Shown here: positions 56,790 to 64,000 of the stretch, piece after piece | How the letters are laid out: every line of letters starts with the position of its first letter | Numbering within the stretch: the stretch's first letter is position 1 | Origin: an uncultured Desulfobacteraceae bacterium | Lineage (GTDB): Bacteria > Desulfobacterota > DSM-4660 > Desulfatiglandales > Desulfatiglandaceae | Reading direction: 5' to 3' | Assembly: GCA_964452575.1 (NCBI GenBank) | Contig: CAYVMN010000001.1 | Coordinates: 3,925-67,924 of the forward strand | DNA: 64,000 nucleotides | Position numbers and translations under genes: made by a program | Notes under the pieces: generated by a model | The model's database searches: none | What the model saw: only the letters and a program-made list of their open reading frames with translations | Told to the model about the DNA's origin: nothing

Positions 56790-58358
56790 TTAGGAACGCC
56801 TGTGAGTGCGATCAATATTTTCGATCAACTTTTCTACAAGGGTCTTCTGTCGGGACGCAGCCGTCTTGGGCACTCCCGCGCCTTCCATTGCCTCTCTTTC
56901 GGTCTCGGCCTTTTCCCTCTCCAATGCCCTTTGATACCTGAGGGCCTGTAAATCTTCTTTCCTCTTGACCTTGGCCTCTTCTTCGGCCTTTTTCCTGGCC
57001 TCCAATTCAGCTGTCTTCCTGGCCTCTTCCTCAGCCTTCTTCCTGGCATCCTCTTCGGCCTTCCTCTTGGCCTCTTCCTGGGCCTTGGCTTTTGCCTCTG
57101 CCTCGGCCTTTGCCTTGGCTTCAGCTTCGGCCTTTGCCCTAGCCTCGTCTTCCGCCCTCCTCTTTGCCTCTGCCTCGGCCTCCTCCGCCTTCGCCTCTTT
57201 CTTAGGCTCCTTCACCGGCTTAGGAGGAGCTGCAACCTTCTCTGCCTTCTTAGCAGGTTTGGCCGCTGGTTTCTTCTCGGGCTTGGCAGGCTTCTCTTTG
57301 GGCGGTGCCGCCTCACCAAAATCAAGGTTGGGTTCAGGGGACAGGGAAATCAGGTCTGCCTCCCCGAGCGCCAAACTCTTCAAGATTTCCTTTACATCGC
57401 CCGCCATACCCCCATTAATCATCTTATCAGTGAACGAACGGGTGAGACGAACGCTTTCCGGATGCCTTAATATAACGAGGTTTGATCCACTCAGCAGATA
57501 ACAGACAGCACTAACGGCCTCCATCAATATGGCGCGCCTCTCTGGATCCCCAAGGGCTGGGGCCTCTTCAACAGGCTGTCCGGCTTCTTTGGATCTCCAG
57601 ACCTCGTTTCCGATGTTGTTGATCATGGGGACCTGAAGTTTATTATCCTCCTGGGTCAGGGCGGCCATCATAATCCGTTCCATAACTGAATAGCTGTACT
57701 CCAGGCCATAACCCAGCCCCCCAGTAGTAGGATCCACCAAGACCTTGTTGCTCTTCACCCCCAGGTTCCCCAGCAAAATGTTGAGCTGCTTCGCCAGGTT
57801 CACGTCAATGGGTGATGAAGCCACGATAGTATGGCCATAACCCAGGGCACTTGCCCCTACTCCCTTGTGGTTCCCTTCCACCACAGGTGCCAAGGAAAAA
57901 TTTTTCCCCTCGCCCGACTCCGAGATCTTTTTAAGGACCTCTTCATCCTTCTGGTTATTGGCTGTTCCCCAAAGGACAAGTGGTACTTCAATGGCTCCTG
58001 CCACCTTCTTGGCTACCTCAACTGCCTCTTCCGCAGACCTGTCCATTCCGTTTGGATCAGTGCTCTTGAGTTGCAGGACAATTACGTCCGCCCCATATTC
58101 CTCAACACATTTCTTTGCCCAGGCTTCAGGCGAAGAAATCACGTCCTTAAACGGCTCAACTGCGGCGGCCGGCCATTCCTTAGAGGGATCGTAGTCCCAA
58201 ACCTCCATTGCAATCTTTGGGGGATTGGGCATACTCCCCTCAAAGAGGTAAAAGGGGTAACAGTCCTCCCCCCCCAGCTCCACGGCAGCAGCCCCCGTTC
58301 CAATGCTAGTCTTCCCTATCTTTCCGGAATAGGGCTGTTTGGGAATCTGAAATGTCAA
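56790..58358 (-). CDS. acsD: corrinoid iron-sulfur protein small subunit with ~180-aa P/K/A/E-rich C-terminal extension
   Basis: 522 aa. The TTG start is 8 nt after AGGAGG. Residues 1-~340 are AcsD/CdhD-like (IPKQPYSGKIGKTSIGTG..., VDPTTGGLGYGLEYSYSVMER). Residues ~349-490 are low-complexity. Confidence 0.85.
   Translation of the reverse strand: MTFQIPKQPYSGKIGKTSIGTGAAAVELGGEDCYPFYLFEGSMPNPPKIAMEVWDYDPSKEWPAAAVEPFKDVISSPEAWAKKCVEEYGADVIVLQLKSTDPNGMDRSAEEAVEVAKKVAGAIEVPLVLWGTANNQKDEEVLKKISESGEGKNFSLAPVVEGNHKGVGASALGYGHTIVASSPIDVNLAKQLNILLGNLGVKSNKVLVDPTTGGLGYGLEYSYSVMERIMMAALTQEDNKLQVPMINNIGNEVWRSKEAGQPVEEAPALGDPERRAILMEAVSAVCYLLSGSNLVILRHPESVRLTRSFTDKMINGGMAGDVKEILKSLALGEADLISLSPEPNLDFGEAAPPKEKPAKPEKKPAAKPAKKAEKVAAPPKPVKEPKKEAKAEEAEAEAKRRAEDEARAKAEAEAKAKAEAEAKAKAQEEAKRKAEEDARKKAEEEARKTAELEARKKAEEEAKVKRKEDLQALRYQRALEREKAETEREAMEGAGVPKTAASRQKTLVEKLIENIDRTHRRS
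56889..57314 (-). repeat. low-complexity coding repeat (PKxA linker followed by an E/A/K/R-rich helix-like tract)
   Basis: Encodes APPKEKPAKPEKKPAAKPAKKAEKVAAPPKPVKEPKKEAKAEEAEAEAKRRAEDEARAKAEAEAKAKAEAEAKAKAQEEAKRKAEEDARKKAEEEARKTAELEARKKAEEEAKVKRKE.... The DNA shows periodic GCC/TTC/CTC repeats. Confidence 0.9.
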
Positions 58359-58391
58359 TGTATTTACCTCCTTCCTGGATTTCTACCATAT

Positions 58392-58409
58392 TTGTGAAAT
58401 ATATAACAA
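58392..58409. promoter_or_regulatory. Rex-like operator candidate in the acsD leader
   Basis: TTGTGAAATATATAACAA versus the recalled Rex consensus TTGTGAA-N4-TTCACAA. The left half matches 7/7 and the right half 5/7. Lies 34-51 nt upstream of the acsD start. Confidence 0.25.
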
Positions 58410-58425
58410 GGAAGGCCAAAAAATT

Positions 58426-58447
58426 ACCTCTTATCACCACAAGAGGT
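58426..58447. promoter_or_regulatory. perfect 7-bp inverted repeat just downstream of the putative -10
   Basis: ACCTCTT-atcaccac-AAGAGGT (58426-58432 and 58441-58447). It could be an operator or a 5'-leader hairpin. Confidence 0.3.
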
Positions 58448-58458
58448 AGGCCCGAAAT

Positions 58459-58487
58459 AAAATAGATAAACCTCTACTTGTTGTCAA
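58459..58487 (-). promoter_or_regulatory. sigma70-like promoter candidate for acsD-acsE
   Basis: The minus strand reads TTGACA (58482-58487), a 17-nt spacer and TATTTT (58459-58464). It lies inside the 220-bp AT-rich spacer between cooC and acsD. Confidence 0.35.
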
Positions 58488-58579
58488 GAAATTTTTCTAG
58501 TAATTTAAAATACTTCTCATATAGAAAAAATATACAATATGTTGTATTAAGGTATTATGCTATATAATATATATTGAAG

Positions 58580-59323
58580 TCAAAAAAGTCTATCAAAAAT
58601 CCCGTATGAGGCCCGGAGGGCCACGCTATCTTCCCCTATCTCAATGGTTGGCCTACCTCTAAGGTCAAATTCCTGAACCTCTGGATCCTCCGGAACTATT
58701 CCAACGAGTTCCATCCCATATCTGTTAACACTCTCCTCTATCACCCCCTTCTGCTCTTCACGTGCGCGATTAACGATGAGGAATCTACTGTCGATATTGA
58801 GTTTCAGTTCATTTACCAAATCGAAGATCCTGTTGGCCGCTTGGATACCCCTCCGGGTCGGGTCCGATACTACAATTAGGCTGTCAATATTATTGGTAGT
58901 TAGGCGGCTTATGTGCTCCATCCCGGCCTCATTATCAATGACAACATATTGGTAGTTATCGATGAGCCTATCTAAATATTGTGTCAACAGCGTATTTGCT
59001 GCACAGTAACATCCTGCGCCTTCGGGTCTTCCCATAACCACCAAATCAAATCCGCTCGCCTCAACAACCGCTTCCTGGAGCTTCATCTCCATGTAGACAT
59101 CCTTGGTCATGCCGGTTGAAACCCCTCTTTTCATCTCCTCCCTGGCTTCACCCAAGGTCTCCCCCACCTCAAGCCCCAACACCTCATTAAGATTGGCATT
59201 TGGGTCTGCATCAACGGCCAGAACAGGCCTTTTTCCTTTTTCAACAAGATATTTGACGAGAAGACCTGCCATCGTCGTCTTCCCGGTCCCCCCCTTACCA
59301 GCCAAGGCAATTGAAACTGTCAT
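58580..59323 (-). CDS. cooC: CODH/ACS nickel-insertion accessory ATPase
   Basis: 247 aa with IALAGKGGTGKTT (deviant Walker A) and GAGCYCAAN (CxC metal site), typical of CooC/AcsF. Confidence 0.9.
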   Translation of the reverse strand: MTVSIALAGKGGTGKTTMAGLLVKYLVEKGKRPVLAVDADPNANLNEVLGLEVGETLGEAREEMKRGVSTGMTKDVYMEMKLQEAVVEASGFDLVVMGRPEGAGCYCAANTLLTQYLDRLIDNYQYVVIDNEAGMEHISRLTTNNIDSLIVVSDPTRRGIQAANRIFDLVNELKLNIDSRFLIVNRAREEQKGVIEESVNRYGMELVGIVPEDPEVQEFDLRGRPTIEIGEDSVALRASYGIFDRLF

Positions 59324-59425
59324 TACACCTCTCCTCTGTGCATAAATTGAAGTTGAAATTTTGAAAAAATTTTTTTAGAATCCAATTATCTTACCAAATA
59401 CTTTGAGTCTCTTTAAGTGCTTATT

Positions 59426-60751
59426 ATGTCAAATAAAAAGGATCTGTGGGCCAGAGTAACAAGAGATCTAGAATCAAGCCTGTCCGCATCAGAATTCCAT
59501 ACCTGGTTCGCCAATACAACCCTCAAGAATCTAGACCGAGAAAAGGCCATAATCGAAGTCCCAAATAGGTTTGTAGCTGCGTGGCTACGCGATAATTACC
59601 TCATTAAGATCCAAGAATCCTTCAAGAGCAATCTTGAGATCACCCCCGAAATCCACTTTACCCATGAAGGCGAACAGGCAACAAGCTACCCACGGAAGTA
59701 CACGCCGACCAAGAATTCAGGGGTTGGCACGACCCACAATCTCAATCCCCTCTTGACATTCAATAGATTCATCACAGGCAAAGGTAACCGTCTCGCATAC
59801 TCCTCAGCCCTCAGTGTAGCAAGGCAATCTGCAGCTAATTATAATCCGTTGTATATATTTAGCGAGCTCAGTCTGGGTAAGACCCATCTCTTGAATGCAA
59901 TAGGCAACGAGATCCTAAGCAACAATCGGGCCGCCAGTGTGAGGTATCTACCGGCAAATCTGTTCTCTTCAGATTTAACGAGCGCCCTAAGAGATGGAAG
60001 ACTCAGAAACTTTAGGAGAGAATACAGAAATCTCGACTTATTGTTACTGGATGACATCCAGCTCTTGGCCGACTCTGAAATATCACAATTAGAGCTAATT
60101 TCCCTCTTTAACAGGTTTTATGAATCAAATAGGCAGATGGTTATTGCAGGATCTCACCCTGCGGCCCAGATCCAAAACCTTATTCCAAAGCTCACATCAC
60201 GCCTAGAGTGGGGCCTCTTATGCGAGATCAGTATCCCTGAGCAAAAGACTAAGTCAAGAATTGTGAGGCAAAAGGCAAAGGACCTCAACTTAGACCTTCC
60301 AGAAGATGTGGTCTTTTTCCTGGCCAACAGGTCAAATAACCTAAAGACCCTCCATGAACTTCTCTCTGAGCTCCAAACCCGTTCCTCCCTTTATCAGGGT
60401 CAAATCGACATGTCTACAGTCAATTCACTCATAAGCAAAAGAGAGGCCCAGAAGGTAATACGGATAAATGATATACAAAAAGTAATAGCCACACAATTCA
60501 ATATATCTGTAACTCAGCTCCTATCGGCTCAAAAGAAACGGAAATTTTCATACCCACGACAACTAGGGATGTATCTCTCTAGGCAGCTGACCGATCTCTC
60601 TCTCAAGGAGATAGGTGGTGCATTTGGCAAGAAGGACCATTCAACCGTAATTTACGCGATAAGACGTATCGAAAAATCTGTAAAGGAAGGAAAAACCGAG
60701 GTCCTAGACGATATGAACGAGCTCTTGAAGCTTATAGAAGGACAATTATAA
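59426..60751 (+). CDS. dnaA: chromosomal replication initiator protein DnaA
   Basis: The ORF track starts at GTG 59417. ATG 59426 gives MSNKKDLWARV.... The AAA+ core has LGKTHLLNAIGNE, LLLLDDIQ and SRLEWGL. Domain IV has RKFSYPRQLGMYLSRQLTDLSLKEIGGAFGKKDHSTVIYAIRRIE. Confidence 0.95.
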   Translation: MSNKKDLWARVTRDLESSLSASEFHTWFANTTLKNLDREKAIIEVPNRFVAAWLRDNYLIKIQESFKSNLEITPEIHFTHEGEQATSYPRKYTPTKNSGVGTTHNLNPLLTFNRFITGKGNRLAYSSALSVARQSAANYNPLYIFSELSLGKTHLLNAIGNEILSNNRAASVRYLPANLFSSDLTSALRDGRLRNFRREYRNLDLLLLDDIQLLADSEISQLELISLFNRFYESNRQMVIAGSHPAAQIQNLIPKLTSRLEWGLLCEISIPEQKTKSRIVRQKAKDLNLDLPEDVVFFLANRSNNLKTLHELLSELQTRSSLYQGQIDMSTVNSLISKREAQKVIRINDIQKVIATQFNISVTQLLSAQKKRKFSYPRQLGMYLSRQLTDLSLKEIGGAFGKKDHSTVIYAIRRIEKSVKEGKTEVLDDMNELLKLIEGQL

Positions 60752-61089
60752 GAGAAGTGAACTGAATTTTTATTTTAGAGGTATTAATATCTAAATATAG
60801 TGGATAATTCTTTGACAAATCCCATTATCTTGTGGTAGATTAACCTAATATTGAGTAAGGGAAGCCGATTATGTATCCAAAACTTGTCAATAACTTACCC
60901 CAAAGGAGATTAGCTATTAAACCTTCTTAAAACTTGTTAAAACTATAAAGGAAATTTGTTTTTAAATTCAATTGGTTATGTAGGTATCTAACAATTTGAC
61001 AATGAAGTATATGATAAAAGAACTTTATATATATAGATTTATAATCACTCTGCACCAAACGCCAAGATCTTCTTATTTGGAGGACAAAA
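60752..61089. other. candidate oriC / AT-rich dnaA-dnaN intergenic region
   Basis: 338-bp AT-rich spacer. AGTGGATAA at 60799-60807 matches the DnaA box TGTGGATAA at 8/9 positions. GTATCCAAA at 60873-60881 matches TTATCCACA at 7/9. A TATATATATAGATTTATAAT tract lies near 61025-61045. Gene strand bias switches around dnaA. Confidence 0.4.
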
Positions 61090-62205
61090 ATGGAAACAAG
61101 GATTAATCGTGACGAGCTCCTTAGGTGTGTATCAAGGGTCCAGAGCATAATTGAAAAGAGGACTAACATGCCCATTCTGTCCACTGTCCTCTTGAATGCA
61201 AGCGGGTCTGATTTAATGATCTCCGCAACGGATCTTGAACTAGGGCTTCGACAAGTAATGTCCGCAGAGGTGATACAGGAAGGAAGTATGACCATATCTG
61301 GCAGGAAGCTCTTTGAGATTTTGAAGGAAAGCAGGGGGCCTACCTTCCACATCAAAGAAAAAGAGAACAACTGGGTCTTCATCACCGATTATGTAGCTCG
61401 CTTCGATCTGGCATGCCAGCCGGCCGACGAATTCCCTGCGTTTATAGAGCCCGAGGGTGTCAAAATGGTGCCCATAGATGGTGAGACCCTGAGTGATATG
61501 ATCAACAAGACGATCTATGCCGTTACCATGGAAGAGACTGGGTTTAAGCTTTCAGGAATTCTTACGGAGAAGGTTAGGAAAGATGGTGCCCTGTTTTTTA
61601 GGATGGTATCGACTGATGGCCATAGGCTGAGTCTTGTCGACAAGCCTCTAGCGAGTCTGGAATCTCTGCAGCTGACAAAGGGGGTCATGGTCCCCAAAAA
61701 GGGTATGTCCGAGCTGAACAAACTTGCAGCCGAAGGGGGAGTTGTGGAGATAGGATTTGAAGAAAAGAACTGCGTTGCGAGGAAAGAAGGTGCTGTTATG
61801 GTTGTTCGCCTCCTTCAGACAAAGTTCCCTGACTACCATGCGGTAATTCCGGCGGGTGAAAAATCCAGAATTTCTGTTAACAGGGTCTTGTTGATGGAGG
61901 CTATGAGAAAGATGCTTATCTTAAGCAATGAGAGGTATAGAGCGGTAAAGATTGCCATTGAGAGTGGTAACATGGAGCTTGTCTCAACTAACCCTGATCT
62001 GGGTGAGGCCCAAGAGAGCATCAAGGTGGAATATAAGGGTGAACGTATGGAAATGGGATTTAACCCTAGGTATTTTGTAGATACCCTTCAGTCCATGGCA
62101 AGTGAGACTGTTGTATTGAGTTTTGTTGATAGCCTGAAGCCCTGCATGCTCCACGGAGAGGCTGACGAAGGTTTTTTGGGTCTTATTATGCCTATGAGGG
62201 TTTAA
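61090..62205 (+). CDS. dnaN: DNA polymerase III beta sliding clamp
   Basis: 371 aa. The pattern METRINRDELLRCVSRVQSIIEKRTNMPILSTVLL...LIMPMRV is typical DnaN, and the position after dnaA fits. Confidence 0.95.
   Translation: METRINRDELLRCVSRVQSIIEKRTNMPILSTVLLNASGSDLMISATDLELGLRQVMSAEVIQEGSMTISGRKLFEILKESRGPTFHIKEKENNWVFITDYVARFDLACQPADEFPAFIEPEGVKMVPIDGETLSDMINKTIYAVTMEETGFKLSGILTEKVRKDGALFFRMVSTDGHRLSLVDKPLASLESLQLTKGVMVPKKGMSELNKLAAEGGVVEIGFEEKNCVARKEGAVMVVRLLQTKFPDYHAVIPAGEKSRISVNRVLLMEAMRKMLILSNERYRAVKIAIESGNMELVSTNPDLGEAQESIKVEYKGERMEMGFNPRYFVDTLQSMASETVVLSFVDSLKPCMLHGEADEGFLGLIMPMRV

Positions 62206-64000
<1,795 letters not shown>

Noticed and set aside
56765-56815. N-terminal 17-codon extension of acsA overlapping the acsD stop
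   Set aside because: ATG 56764 is preceded by a strong GAAGGAGG at proper spacing. The extension has no RBS and overlaps acsD.
56889-57314. Periodic DNA repeat considered as a CRISPR array or tandem satellite
   Set aside because: The periodicity is codon-level (GCC/GAA/AAG-type codons for Ala/Glu/Lys) inside an open reading frame continuous with AcsD. There are no repeat-spacer units of CRISPR size.
56965-57501. 178-aa plus-strand ORF rich in SSSAFFLAS repeats
   Set aside because: It is the mirror image of the K/A/E-rich AcsD tail on the opposite strand. It is a low-complexity artefact.
58431-58439. TTATCACCA in the cooC-acsD spacer considered as a DnaA box, with the spacer as oriC
   Set aside because: It matches the box at only 7/9 positions and forms the loop of the perfect inverted repeat. 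The spacer is better explained as the acs promoter/leader.

Overview
This is a 64-kb chromosomal window from a diderm anaerobe. The taxon cannot be assigned from sequence alone. Composition is heterogeneous by eye, roughly 35-60% GC. The window ends at the replication-origin gene set dnaA-dnaN-gyrB. Layout, left to right:
(i) 0-13 kb: an envelope glycan/lipid modification locus. It holds a radical SAM/SPASM enzyme, a membrane alkaline-phosphatase-family enzyme, three GT-C-type polytopic glycosyltransferase candidates, a GT2 and a methyltransferase. It also holds a patch of decayed gene remnants and an IPTL-CTERM-tagged secreted protein.
(ii) 13-19 kb: two B12-binding radical SAM enzymes and a polytopic-domain/sulfotransferase fusion.
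(iii) 19-33.4 kb: Kdo/lipid A genes (waaA, LpxL-family acyltransferase, MsbA-like ABC exporter) interleaved with an extensive dedicated type II FAS/PKS-like gene set. That set has five ketosynthase-family genes (one Cys-less CLF-like partner, one with a shifted Cys), two ACPs (one fused to a zinc ribbon), two FabZ-like dehydratases, FabG and a FabL-like SDR.
(iv) 33.4-50 kb: mixed genes. These include a tandem-domain exosortase-like protein, a membrane sensor with a Cys4 tail, MscS, a hotdog pair, UDP-glucose dehydrogenase plus UDP-glucuronate decarboxylase, a second waaA, Smr, LemA/NTase/TPM and a GAF-adenylate cyclase.
(v) 50-59.3 kb: a Wood-Ljungdahl carbonyl-branch operon (cooC, acsD, acsA, acsB, acsC, acsE).
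(vi) dnaA, dnaN and partial gyrB.
I recognised no rRNA, tRNA, CRISPR array, transposase or integrase. All calls rest on by-eye motif recognition in the supplied translations and on reading the DNA. No alignment, HMM or structure search was run, so family assignments are hypotheses with the stated confidence.
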